Shown here one piece after another: positions 26,310 through 36,238 of a DNA stretch of 50,354 bases. Position 1 is the first letter of the stretch, and each line of letters opens with the position of its first letter. The position numbers and the translations under genes were made by a program. The notes beneath the pieces are model-generated. The model searched no databases and was not told where the DNA came from. It saw only the letters and a list, made by a program, of their open reading frames with translations. The stretch is from an uncultured Bacilli bacterium (GTDB lineage Bacteria; Bacillota_I; Bacilli_A; RF39; UBA660). The DNA lies in assembly GCA_947627435.1 (NCBI GenBank), contig CANQWB010000005.1:1-50354 (forward strand), in the 5' to 3' direction.

Positions 26310-27332
26310 ATGAAAAATATATATGGGTTAACATTAGAACAATTAGAACAATATTTTTTATCGCATAACGAAAAATCCTTTAAAGCAACACAAGTATTTG
26401 AGTGGTTATATAAAAGAAGAGTTTCCTCTTTTGAAGAAATGACCAATATCAAAAAAGAGACATTAGAACAGATGCAAAAAGATTTTAATATGACATCGAT
26501 TCATTTATTGACAAAGACTGAAGGAAAAGATGTTGTCAAATTTCTCTTTGGTTTGGAAGATTCCAATAAAGTAGAAGCTGTTTTAATGAAACATGATTAT
26601 GGAAATAGTCTTTGTGTATCTACGGAAGTTGGATGTAACATGGGGTGTGCTTTTTGTGAAAGTGGTCGTTTAAAAAAAGTACGACATTTAGAAACACATG
26701 AAATGGTATTACAAATTCTTGCCGTAGAAGCTTGCTTAAATATTCGCATTTCCCATGTTGTATTGATGGGAATTGGAGAACCATTTGATAATTATGATAA
26801 TGTAATTGATTTTATATCCATTATTAATAGTGGCAAAGGAATTGATATTGGTGCTAGACATATTACAGTATCCACTTGTGGAATTGTTCCAAAAATTGAA
26901 GCATTTATGGAAATGGATAAGCAAGTGAATCTTGCAATTAGCTTGCATGCACCCAATAATACCTTAAGAAATCAATTGATGCCTATTAATAAAGTGTATC
27001 CAATTGAAAAATTAATCGATATTTTAAAAAAATATATTGAAAGGACAAATCGTCGTGTAACTTTTGAATATATATTATTAGAAAATGTAAATGATACCGA
27101 TGCCTGTGCTTTGGAACTTGCGAATTTATTAAAAGGCATGAATTGTTATGTCAATTTAATTCCATATAACGAAACAAGTCATATTGAATTTAAAAAAAGT
27201 AAGCAAGATACTATTATGCGATTTTATGATATTTTGAAAAAAAATAAAATTAATGTCACAGTAAGAAGAGAATTTGGTAGCAAAGTAATGGCAGCTTGTG
27301 GGCAATTACGTTCGAATTATGAGGAGGCATAA
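26310..27332 (+). CDS. rlmN: 23S rRNA/tRNA A2503 C2-methyltransferase RlmN (radical SAM)
   Basis: Radical-SAM CNMGCAFCESG, a C-terminal AACGQL motif, and synteny with stp-prkC. Confidence 0.92.
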   Translation: MKNIYGLTLEQLEQYFLSHNEKSFKATQVFEWLYKRRVSSFEEMTNIKKETLEQMQKDFNMTSIHLLTKTEGKDVVKFLFGLEDSNKVEAVLMKHDYGNSLCVSTEVGCNMGCAFCESGRLKKVRHLETHEMVLQILAVEACLNIRISHVVLMGIGEPFDNYDNVIDFISIINSGKGIDIGARHITVSTCGIVPKIEAFMEMDKQVNLAISLHAPNNTLRNQLMPINKVYPIEKLIDILKKYIERTNRRVTFEYILLENVNDTDACALELANLLKGMNCYVNLIPYNETSHIEFKKSKQDTIMRFYDILKKNKINVTVRREFGSKVMAACGQLRSNYEEA

Positions 27333-27333
27333 A

Positions 27334-28074
27334 ATGGAGTATTCATATTTAACAGATCCTGGAAAAGTAAGGGATCATAATGAAGATAGTGTTATTATTG
27401 TAGAAAATTTAAATAAAGAAATTTTACTGGCCGTCGCAGATGGTATGGGCGGTCATTTAGCAGGGGAAGTTGCATCTAGTATTGCGATTTCTCATGTAGG
27501 GAAACGTTTTAAGGAATTGAGTTCTATTGGAACAAAAGAAGATGCCATTCATTGGTTACAAGAAACGGTAAGTGAGGTAAATGTTTTAATTTATAAATAT
27601 ACGACCGATCACCCAGAAAGCAAAGGTATGGGAACGACCTTTGTCACTGCTATTTTAACACCAGAATTCTTGTTGTTTGGTAATATTGGAGATTCATCAG
27701 GTTTTGTCATGAAGAAAGGTCAATTGCATAAAATCACAAATGATCATACTTTAGTGAATTTATTAGTGAAATCAGGAGAACTTACAGAAGAAGAAGCCAA
27801 AGAACATCCGCGAAAGAATGTGCTGATGAAAGCTTTAGGTGCAACTACAAATGTCGATATGGATATCTTTGATGTCGATACAGATGTAGATGGTATTATG
27901 CTTTGTAGTGATGGACTTACCAATATGCTCGATTTTGAACAGATTGGTAGAGTATTGAGCGAAGAATTAACTGCGGAAGAAAAGGTTGAAAAATTGATTC
28001 AAAAATGTAATAACCGTGGAGGAAATGATAATGTTTCTGTCGCATATTTATGTAAAGGTGGTAATGTAAAATGA
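27334..28074 (+). CDS. stp: PP2C-family Ser/Thr phosphatase (Stp/PrpC)
   Basis: Contains DPGKVRDHNEDS, ADGMGGH and LCSDGLTN..GGNDNVS. The start was set at ATG 27334 after AGGAGG; the ORF track opens inside rlmN. Confidence 0.92.
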   Translation: MEYSYLTDPGKVRDHNEDSVIIVENLNKEILLAVADGMGGHLAGEVASSIAISHVGKRFKELSSIGTKEDAIHWLQETVSEVNVLIYKYTTDHPESKGMGTTFVTAILTPEFLLFGNIGDSSGFVMKKGQLHKITNDHTLVNLLVKSGELTEEEAKEHPRKNVLMKALGATTNVDMDIFDVDTDVDGIMLCSDGLTNMLDFEQIGRVLSEELTAEEKVEKLIQKCNNRGGNDNVSVAYLCKGGNVK

Positions 28075-29831
28075 TTACACGAGGACAAAAAATAAATGAT
28101 CGTTATCAGATTATTCGTACGATTGGTGAAGGAGGTATGGCCAATGTCTATTTGGCACATGACCTAATTTTAGATCGTGAAGTTGCTGTCAAAATCCTAA
28201 GAGGGGATCTAGCCAATGATGAAAAATTTGTAAGAAGATTTCAACGTGAGGCTATATCTGCTAGTAGTTTAACGCATCCAAATATTGTGGGTATGTATGA
28301 TGTAGGAGAAGACGATGGCAATTACTTTATCGTTATGGAATATGTAGAAGGAAAAACGTTAAAAAATCTGATTAAAAGAAGAGGAGCTTTAACATTACCA
28401 GAAGTAATTGATATTATGTTACAGCTTACAAGTGGCATTGCTTGTGCACATGATAGTTATATTATTCATAGAGATATCAAGCCACAAAATATATTAATCT
28501 TAGAAGATGGAACGGTAAAAATTACTGATTTTGGTATTGCTATGGCTTTAAATAGTAATGAATTAACACAAACCAATTCTGTTATGGGTTCTGTTCATTA
28601 TTTACCACCAGAACAAGCCAACGGCAATGGTTCAACGATTAAAAGTGATATCTATTCATTAGGAATTTTGATGTTTGAATTGTTGACTGGAAAATTACCT
28701 TTTAAAGGTGAAAATGCAGTTGAAATAGCGATTAAACAAATGAAAAATCCAATTCCAAGTGTATGTGAGATCAATCCAGAAATTCCACAAAGTATTGAAA
28801 ATATAATTTTAAAAGCTTGTGCCAAAAATCCAAAAAACCGTTATGAAAATGTCATGGAAATGCATGAAGATATTAAAACAGCTTTGAGTAAAGAACGTGC
28901 TGATGAGAAAAAGTGGGTTTACCAATATCCAGAACAAGAAGTAGAGGAAAAAGTGAATGTCAGTCGTTTCCGTAAAAATGAAGCAAAACGAAAAAATGAA
29001 AAAGAAGATAGTGAAAATAAAAAAGTCAATAAAGTAATATGGATATTAGGAATTATCTGTGCCATCGCTGCTTTAATTGTCGGTTTTGTCATTATGTTAT
29101 TCCCAAAATTGACTCGTGTTCCAGATATACAAATTCCAGATGTATCAAGAATGTCTGTCGTAACAGCAGAAAGTACTCTCAAAAAAGAAGGATTTGAAGT
29201 TGCAACAGAAGTAGAAGAAGAATACCATGTTGATATTGAAGAAGGTTTGGTCATTGGAACCAGTCCAAGTCAAGGTAGAAGTGTGAAAAAAGGCACTGTC
29301 ATTACTTTAATTGTTTCCAAAGGATTTGAAGGTGTTGTTGCTGAAAATTACGTTGGACAAAATATTAAATCAGTACAAGCTGAATTAGAAGCAACAGGCA
29401 TTGTCGTTTTGGTGGAAGAAAAAGAAGTAAAAGATACCGAAGATCAAAAAGAAGATATTATTTTAGAACAAGATCAAGCGGAAGGTACAAAATTAAAAAG
29501 AGGAGATACGATTGTATTTCAAGTATCTAAATTAATTACTGTATATCCAGATTTTGTGAACGAAGATTGGACATATGCTGCGATTGAAGAATTTTGTGCT
29601 GAACATAATGTAACAGTTGTGAGAGTAGATAAAGAAGATGCTACGGTTCCAGAAGGTACCATTTTAGCGCAAAGTCGTGCTGCTGAAAGTAAAGTAGTGA
29701 GTGGTGTACAAATTCGTATTACGGTTTCTAAAAAACCAGCTATAGTAACTCCACCAGTAGAAGAACCGAATACAGATCCAGAAGAAGAAACTTCTAAATC
29801 AGAAACACCAAGTACTAATACAGGTGAATAA
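28071..29831 (+). CDS. prkC: Ser/Thr kinase PrkC/PknB with TM segment and three PASTA domains
   Basis: Kinase motifs GEGGMANVY, HRDIKPQNIL and DFGIA. A TM helix is followed by three PASTA-like repeats. ATGA overlap with stp. Confidence 0.93.
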   Translation: MITRGQKINDRYQIIRTIGEGGMANVYLAHDLILDREVAVKILRGDLANDEKFVRRFQREAISASSLTHPNIVGMYDVGEDDGNYFIVMEYVEGKTLKNLIKRRGALTLPEVIDIMLQLTSGIACAHDSYIIHRDIKPQNILILEDGTVKITDFGIAMALNSNELTQTNSVMGSVHYLPPEQANGNGSTIKSDIYSLGILMFELLTGKLPFKGENAVEIAIKQMKNPIPSVCEINPEIPQSIENIILKACAKNPKNRYENVMEMHEDIKTALSKERADEKKWVYQYPEQEVEEKVNVSRFRKNEAKRKNEKEDSENKKVNKVIWILGIICAIAALIVGFVIMLFPKLTRVPDIQIPDVSRMSVVTAESTLKKEGFEVATEVEEEYHVDIEEGLVIGTSPSQGRSVKKGTVITLIVSKGFEGVVAENYVGQNIKSVQAELEATGIVVLVEEKEVKDTEDQKEDIILEQDQAEGTKLKRGDTIVFQVSKLITVYPDFVNEDWTYAAIEEFCAEHNVTVVRVDKEDATVPEGTILAQSRAAESKVVSGVQIRITVSKKPAIVTPPVEEPNTDPEEETSKSETPSTNTGE

Positions 29832-30685
29832 TGCAAGGGAGAATTATTAAATTAATCAGTAATGATTACACTGTAGAAGCAAATGGTACACAATATATTT
29901 GTAAAAGTAGAGGAAAGTTTCGTAACTTACATATCACCCCATTGGTGGGAGATTATGTAGAATTTGATGACAAGAACAATTATATTTTAGATATTCAACC
30001 ACGTAAAAATGAACTGATTCGACCACCCGTTGCGAATATCGATCAAGCTTTTTTAATCACAAGTGTAAAACATCCAGATTTCTCTACACATTTGTTAGAT
30101 AAATTATTAACAATTATTGAATTTCATCATATTCAACCTATTATTTGTTTTACAAAATTGGATTTATTAGATGCTGATGCAATGAAACAAATAGAAAACT
30201 ATATATCTTATTATCGTCATATTGGTTATCCAGTATATCTCAATACGGATTTAGAAGCAATTCAAGCAACATTTGTTGGAAAGACCAGTGTCTTTACGGG
30301 GCAAAGTGGAGCAGGGAAATCCACTTTACTCAATCGCTTGGATGAACAGTTACAACTGAAAACAAATGAAATTTCAGTAGCTTTAGGAAGAGGAAAGCAT
30401 ACGACCAGACATGTGGAATTGATTCCATTATATGGTGGCTATGTTGCCGATACACCAGGATTTTCTGCAGTTTCCTTTTTGGATATGACTGATGCCGATA
30501 TTCGCGATCAATTTATAGAATTTAATGAATATCGAGAGGAATGTGAATATCGTGATTGTATGCATTTGAATGAAACCAATTGCGCAATTAAAAAAAAGGT
30601 AGAAGAAGGAATTATTTGTAAAAGTCGATATGAAAATTATATAAATTTTATTACAAAGAAAGAGAGAAAAAAAGAATGCAAGTAG
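29831..30685 (+). CDS. rsgA: Ribosome small-subunit-dependent GTPase RsgA (CpgA)
   Basis: Circularly permuted GTPase motifs (TKLDL, GQSGAGKSTLLN) and Zn-knuckle cysteines (CEYRDCMHLNETNC). Confidence 0.92.
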   Translation: MQGRIIKLISNDYTVEANGTQYICKSRGKFRNLHITPLVGDYVEFDDKNNYILDIQPRKNELIRPPVANIDQAFLITSVKHPDFSTHLLDKLLTIIEFHHIQPIICFTKLDLLDADAMKQIENYISYYRHIGYPVYLNTDLEAIQATFVGKTSVFTGQSGAGKSTLLNRLDEQLQLKTNEISVALGRGKHTTRHVELIPLYGGYVADTPGFSAVSFLDMTDADIRDQFIEFNEYREECEYRDCMHLNETNCAIKKKVEEGIICKSRYENYINFITKKERKKECK

Positions 30686-31308
30686 CAGTATCCATTTTAA
30701 GTATTACCGAACAACTTCAGGAAAATATAAAAAAAATTGAACAAACAGATTGTGAATACTTTCATTTAGATATTATGGATGGTATATTTGTCAAAAACCA
30801 TACAATGGATGATTCTATATTATTGAAATATGTTCAAAATGTAGCGAAACCAATTGATATTCATTTAATGGTTTCTAATATTCCAAAATATGTTGACATA
30901 TATCAAACATTACATCCAAAATATATTACTTTTCATTATGAAGCCACAAATGATATTGCCAATTGTATTCAAATGATTAAAGCAAAAGGAATTGGTGTAG
31001 GGGTTTCGGTAAAACCATCCACTCCTATTTTTGAATTGATGCCTTATTTACAACAATTGGATCTTGTTCTCGTTATGAGTGTGGAACCAGGTCAAGGTGG
31101 GCAAACATTTATAGGCGATGTCGTACCAAAAATAGAACAATTAAAAACATTGCGTGAACAGAATGCTTATCATTATATGATTGAAGTAGATGGTGGTATC
31201 AATGCCCATACGGTTTTACAAGTACAAGATGCAGATATTGTGGTAGCTGGTAGTTTTATCACGAAAGAGAATAACTATCAAGGACAAATTGATCAATTAA
31301 GAAGATAG
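30676..31308 (+). CDS. rpe: Ribulose-phosphate 3-epimerase
   Basis: Contains HLDIMDG, IDIHLMV, VLVMSVEPGQGGQ.F and VDGGIN. Synteny is as in Bacillus yloN-prpC-prkC-cpgA-rpe. Confidence 0.9.
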   Translation: MQVAVSILSITEQLQENIKKIEQTDCEYFHLDIMDGIFVKNHTMDDSILLKYVQNVAKPIDIHLMVSNIPKYVDIYQTLHPKYITFHYEATNDIANCIQMIKAKGIGVGVSVKPSTPIFELMPYLQQLDLVLVMSVEPGQGGQTFIGDVVPKIEQLKTLREQNAYHYMIEVDGGINAHTVLQVQDADIVVAGSFITKENNYQGQIDQLRR

Positions 31309-31389
31309 AATCTAAAAAAAAGATTCTTTTTTTATTTTCAAAAGGGATTTTCATTTTTATATTATATGTTAAAGATAAGGAGGAAAATT

Positions 31390-34300
31390 ATGCATAAAAA
31401 AATCATAAAAAGTTTGATTATATTTATTGGTATTCTATTGCTTGGCTTTCATTCTGAAATTGTGAAAGCACAAGCTACAAATGATTATTTTTACAATGGA
31501 AATTATATTTCGAATACTTATGTCAAGAAAGTCAAAAGTGATGGTACAGAAAGATGGGAAACCGCTATTATTTTAAAAAGATCCGACGGTTTATTTGCAT
31601 ACTGTCTTCAACCATTTTTAGATTTTAAGGAAGGAAATATTCAAGTAGCACATGATAGTGACTATGCTTTAGTAACCCATATGACACAAGAACAGTGGAA
31701 TCGTGTTTCACTATTATCATATTATGGATATGGTTATGGGACGCATAAAGATGATAAATGGTATATTATTACACAGATGATGATTTGGCAAACAGTAGAT
31801 CCAACTGGTGATTATTTTTTCACAAAGACTTTGAATGGAACTCGTATTACACGTTACGAAGATGAAATGGCTGAATTAGACCATTTAGTATCCAATCATA
31901 GTGTAATACCAAGTTTTAGTGGAACCCATCATACACTTTCCATTGGGTCATCTCTAACACTTACAGACCAAAATGGAGTACTTTCGGAATACTCTATGAT
32001 ATCAAGATCGAATGCATTTATTACAAAGGATGAAAATAGTTTGCATATTACGGGAACAGAAGTAGGAAATTATACGGTAGAACTCGTTAAAAATGCTACT
32101 TATTATAATGCCCCACCAATTGTCTATGTGGATAGTGAAGGGCAAGATATGTTGGTTGCAGGTAATTATTCACCAATTTATACTCATTTTTCAGTACAAG
32201 TGGTTGGTGGAAGAATTCAACTGACGAAAGTGGATAATGAAACCAATGCGACAACTGCTCAAGGAGAGGCTACTTTAGTAGGGGCTGTTTATCATGTATT
32301 TGATTCTAAAAATAATGTAGTTGCACAACTTACTATTGATGAAAATAAAACAGCAATTACAGACATACTACCCTTTGGAGAATATACAATTCGTGAAGTA
32401 TCTAGTAGTACAGGCTATTATCTAGATGGTACGGTTTATTCTGTTACAGTTGATTCTACTGCTACCAAAAATGTAATGGTCAAAGAACAGGTCATCAAAG
32501 GAAGAATTCAACTCACAAAAGTAGATAGTGAAACAAACCAATGCAAGGCACAAGGAGAAGCAACTTTGGTAGGAGCGAAATATGGAATTTATGACTCGCA
32601 AAATCGTCTTGTCGATACTTTGACCATTGGAAGTGATTGTCAAGCAACTTCAAAATTATTACCTTATGGAAATTATACAATAAAGGAACTTACAACATCT
32701 ACAGGTTATAAAATAGATGTCAATGTTTATTCTGCACAGATTACAAGTGATCAAACGGTAACCGTTCTATCAAAAGAATCTGTCATTAAAGGAAGAATTC
32801 AACTGACAAAAGTAGATAGTGAAACAAACCAATGCAAGGCGCAAGGAGAAGCAACTTTAGTAGGAGCAAAATATGGAATTTATGACTCGCAAAATCGTCT
32901 TGTCGATACTTTGACTATCGGAAATGATTGTCAAGCAACTTCAAAGTTATTACCTTATGGAAATTATACCATTCGCGAACTCAAAAATAGTCAGGGATAT
33001 TATATCAATACTGAAATTTATTTTACCAAGGTGGAAAACGAAGAAGTTTATTCTATGACTGTTACGGAAGATGTCATTCAAAATGATTTTGTATTCTATA
33101 AATTTTATGGAAATTTGGCAACTGGCTTTATTTATGCCGAACCAGCTGCTGTATTTGAAATTTTCAATTGGAAAAATGAACGTATGGAAACTTTCCAAAC
33201 CGATAGCAATGGTTATGCGAAAGTCACATTACCTTATGGAAAATATCTCGTCAAACAAATATCAGGTTTATCTGATTATAAAATGATGCAACCATTTTCC
33301 ATTGATGTAAATGAAACGACGGCATTAACACAAGTCAATTATATAAAAAATGGACCAATTACAGCGCGACTCAAATTAATCAAAAGGGATTTTGAAACGA
33401 AAGAAATCATTCCGATGGCGGGTGCCAAATTTAAAATAAAAGACATTAAGACAAATCAATATGTTTGTTTTACAACCAATCAAGTGATTTGTGAGTTTGA
33501 AACAGATGAACAAGGAATTATGATTACACCACTTCCTTTGTTTGGAGGGGATTATATCATTGAAGAAATGCAAGCTCCAGATGGATATCTATTGTCTACA
33601 GAACCTGTTCCGTTTTCTATAAAAGAAAATACAAGCGTAATAGAAGATTCTGTTTATGGCTCTATTATAGAAGTTGTGTTTGAAAATCAAGCAGTAAAAG
33701 GAGTAGTAGAAATTCAAAAAATAGGGGAGCAAGTTGTGATAGAAGATGGTCGTTTTACTTATCAGGAAGTTCCACTTTCTCATGTGAAATTTGGTCTATA
33801 CGATGTTTTTGAAAATCTAATTGGCATCTATGTTACAGATTTTAATGGTTACGTAAAAATAGAAAATTTAAAATTAGGAAAATATTTCTTAAAAGAGTTA
33901 GAAACGGCAGATGCATATCTTTTAGACCCTGAAATATATGCATTTGAATTAAAATATCAAGATCAACAAACGCCGATTGTGTATCAACAATTGCGACTCA
34001 AAAATTATTTGAAAAAAGGAACTCTCGAGTTTATGAAAAAAGATATTGATACAGGTGAAGTAATACCAAATGTAACAATAGAAATTTATACAGAAGAGAA
34101 TGCACTTATTTTTTCAGGTACTACAGATAGCAATGGAATGATCAGACTTCCACATTTATGGGTTGGACGATTCTATATCATTGAAACAGAGCCAATGACG
34201 GGCTATCAATTTAGTAATGATAAAATCTATTTTGAAATCAAAGAAAATGATGAAGAAGTCAAAGTCGAAATGTCAAATGAAAAAATAAAAGGAACTCTGT

Positions 34301-34677
34301 CATTTACAAAGATAGATGCCACGACAAAAGAAGTTTTACCAAATGTTTGGATTGAAATATATAATGCCAAAACCAATACACTAGTTTGTTCTCAAAAAAC
34401 AGATGAAAAGGGCCAAATTGTCATTCATGATTTAGAATATGGAGATTATTATCTATTAGAAAAAGAAGCACCAACTGGTTATACTTTGTATCAAAATAAA
34501 ATCTATTTTGAAATCAAAGAAAATGGTGAAGAAGTCAAAGTTGAAATGTCAAATGAGAAAATAGTGGAAGTACCCGATACAGCGATACATACGCGTTCTT
34601 TCCTTTCTATTCTTGGTAGTTTTTGCTTTTGTATTGGACTTGGATGTATTCGATATGCGAAAAAAACCATATCATAA
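31390..34677 (+). CDS. Cell-wall-anchored adhesin: N-terminal thioester domain (TED) plus multiple Cna-B/SpaA-like (prealbumin-fold) repeats, with C-terminal VPDTA sorting signal
   Basis: Signal peptide MHKKIIKSLIIFIGILLLGF. Candidate thioester Cys in FAYCLQP and Gln in ITQMMIWQ (TQxxIW). Repeated GRIQLTKVDSETN...LPYGNYTI(K/R)E...GY modules. The C-terminus is VPDTA, then a hydrophobic helix, then RYAKK. The start was set at ATG 31390 after AGGAGG. Confidence 0.8.
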   Translation: MHKKIIKSLIIFIGILLLGFHSEIVKAQATNDYFYNGNYISNTYVKKVKSDGTERWETAIILKRSDGLFAYCLQPFLDFKEGNIQVAHDSDYALVTHMTQEQWNRVSLLSYYGYGYGTHKDDKWYIITQMMIWQTVDPTGDYFFTKTLNGTRITRYEDEMAELDHLVSNHSVIPSFSGTHHTLSIGSSLTLTDQNGVLSEYSMISRSNAFITKDENSLHITGTEVGNYTVELVKNATYYNAPPIVYVDSEGQDMLVAGNYSPIYTHFSVQVVGGRIQLTKVDNETNATTAQGEATLVGAVYHVFDSKNNVVAQLTIDENKTAITDILPFGEYTIREVSSSTGYYLDGTVYSVTVDSTATKNVMVKEQVIKGRIQLTKVDSETNQCKAQGEATLVGAKYGIYDSQNRLVDTLTIGSDCQATSKLLPYGNYTIKELTTSTGYKIDVNVYSAQITSDQTVTVLSKESVIKGRIQLTKVDSETNQCKAQGEATLVGAKYGIYDSQNRLVDTLTIGNDCQATSKLLPYGNYTIRELKNSQGYYINTEIYFTKVENEEVYSMTVTEDVIQNDFVFYKFYGNLATGFIYAEPAAVFEIFNWKNERMETFQTDSNGYAKVTLPYGKYLVKQISGLSDYKMMQPFSIDVNETTALTQVNYIKNGPITARLKLIKRDFETKEIIPMAGAKFKIKDIKTNQYVCFTTNQVICEFETDEQGIMITPLPLFGGDYIIEEMQAPDGYLLSTEPVPFSIKENTSVIEDSVYGSIIEVVFENQAVKGVVEIQKIGEQVVIEDGRFTYQEVPLSHVKFGLYDVFENLIGIYVTDFNGYVKIENLKLGKYFLKELETADAYLLDPEIYAFELKYQDQQTPIVYQQLRLKNYLKKGTLEFMKKDIDTGEVIPNVTIEIYTEENALIFSGTTDSNGMIRLPHLWVGRFYIIETEPMTGYQFSNDKIYFEIKENDEEVKVEMSNEKIKGTLSFTKIDATTKEVLPNVWIEIYNAKTNTLVCSQKTDEKGQIVIHDLEYGDYYLLEKEAPTGYTLYQNKIYFEIKENGEEVKVEMSNEKIVEVPDTAIHTRSFLSILGSFCFCIGLGCIRYAKKTIS
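32209..33081 (+). repeat. 3 x 291-bp in-frame tandem repeat inside the adhesin (copies 2 and 3 nearly identical)
   Basis: GGAAGAATTCAACT starts at 32209, 32500 and 32791. A second 276-bp pair lies near 34221/34497. Confidence 0.9.
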
Positions 34678-35233
34678 GTTATGTTTCTTTTTTGGCTTGT
34701 TCGCTTGTGGTATAGGAATGCTTTGTTGGTGCTATCCAGTTTGTAAAAAACAAAAAGAAATACAAATTGAGCAACAAAGATTTGATCAGTTTTTTCAAAA
34801 AAATGCATATGCAGAAAAAGAAGATCTTTATATTGCAGTGATTGAAATACCTAAAATTCATTTAAAAAAAGGTTTGTTTCCAATTCATCATCCGCAAAAT
34901 CAAGTCAATCGAAATATTACCATTTTAAAAGAATCTGATATGCCAGATCAACAAAAGGGAAATTTTATTCTAGCAGCACATTCTGGTATTGGTGAAGTCG
35001 CTTATTTTAATCATTTAACCCAATTAACTCTTGGAGATTCTATTTTCATTTATTATCACGGTATTCAATATATTTATCAAGTCAGTCAAATTTATGATGT
35101 GGAAAAAACAGGCTATATTTCGATCGACCGGGATATCCAATATCCAACATTGACAATGATTACATGTAAATATCCAACCAACAAACAGTTGATTGTAATT
35201 GCCAAACAAATTGATTCCAAACCATATACATAA
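34655..35233 (+). CDS. Sortase (class D-like inferred from the substrate motif)
   Basis: N-terminal TM anchor, His motif LAAHSG, catalytic TLxTC as LTMITC. The 5' end overlaps the adhesin 3' end by 23 nt. The start was set at ATG 34655. Confidence 0.8.
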   Translation: MRKKPYHKLCFFFGLFACGIGMLCWCYPVCKKQKEIQIEQQRFDQFFQKNAYAEKEDLYIAVIEIPKIHLKKGLFPIHHPQNQVNRNITILKESDMPDQQKGNFILAAHSGIGEVAYFNHLTQLTLGDSIFIYYHGIQYIYQVSQIYDVEKTGYISIDRDIQYPTLTMITCKYPTNKQLIVIAKQIDSKPYT

Positions 35234-35323
35234 GAAGATATCTATCTTCTCTTTTGTTGATGGTAAAATGGTAAAATCATTCATAAATAATAGGCATGTG
35301 AATAATATGATATAGGTGAAATT

Positions 35324-36238
35324 ATGGACAAAGTTAGAATTGGCATTCCACGAAGCATTCATTATTACTATTATGGGGAATTATGGAAATATTTTTTTGA
35401 ACAATTAGGTTGTGAAGTTATAATCAGTCCAAAAACAAATTATGAAATAATGGAAAATGGAATTCGCCTTGCAAATGATGAAATGTGTCTTTCCATGAAA
35501 AATTTAATAGGTCACATTTTTTATTTACAAGGAAAATGTGATTTTATTATGGTACCTCGTATTGATAATTATGGTATTCAAAATCAAACTTGTACCAATT
35601 TTTTAGCAATTTATGATATTGCAAGTAATCTTTTTTCTACACCTATTTTAAATTATAATGTTGATGTTGCACATCATCAAACAGAAGAAAAAGGAATGAT
35701 ACAGATAGGAGAACAACTTGGATTTTCAAAAAAACAAGCAACACAAGCTTATCATGAAGCCAAAACGCATGCTTGGCAACATAAAGATAGACAAATTCAA
35801 AAAAATATAGAGCGATTAAAATCCAATCAACAGAAAGTTTTAATGATTGGACACCCTTATAATTTATATGATGAAACTATTGGCAAACCCATCGCTTCTT
35901 TTTTAAAAAAACTAGGTGTAGAAGTCATTTATAGTGATCTATTTTATCCTAATATTACAAATCGAATGTCTAAACAACTTTCACAAGAACTATACTGGAA
36001 GTTCAATAAAGAAAATATAGGAGTCATTCCGCTTGTTCAAGATCAAGTAGATGGTATTCTTTTTTTATCTACTTTTCCGTGTGGACCAGATTCTTTGGTA
36101 AATGAACTCGTTATGCGCAAAATTCATCTGCCATATTTAAATTTAATTTTAGATGACATGGATGGTATGGCAGGGTTTGAAACAAGGTTAGAAAGTTTTG
36201 TAGATATTATACAAGAAAGGAAACAAAAAAATGTCTAA
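35324..36238 (+). CDS. Acyl-CoA dehydratase activase-related protein (DUF2229-like)
   Basis: The N-terminus RIGIPRSIHYYYYGELWKYFFEQLGCEVIISP...DEMCLSMKNLIGH matches the pattern of the uncharacterised domain fused to CoA-enzyme activases. Conserved Cys residues are present. Confidence 0.6.
   Translation: MDKVRIGIPRSIHYYYYGELWKYFFEQLGCEVIISPKTNYEIMENGIRLANDEMCLSMKNLIGHIFYLQGKCDFIMVPRIDNYGIQNQTCTNFLAIYDIASNLFSTPILNYNVDVAHHQTEEKGMIQIGEQLGFSKKQATQAYHEAKTHAWQHKDRQIQKNIERLKSNQQKVLMIGHPYNLYDETIGKPIASFLKKLGVEVIYSDLFYPNITNRMSKQLSQELYWKFNKENIGVIPLVQDQVDGILFLSTFPCGPDSLVNELVMRKIHLPYLNLILDDMDGMAGFETRLESFVDIIQERKQKNV

Noticed and set aside
28919-29836. Minus-strand ORFs 28919..29254 and 29519..29836
   Set aside because: They are antisense to prkC PASTA-coding sequence, and the sense reading is strongly supported.
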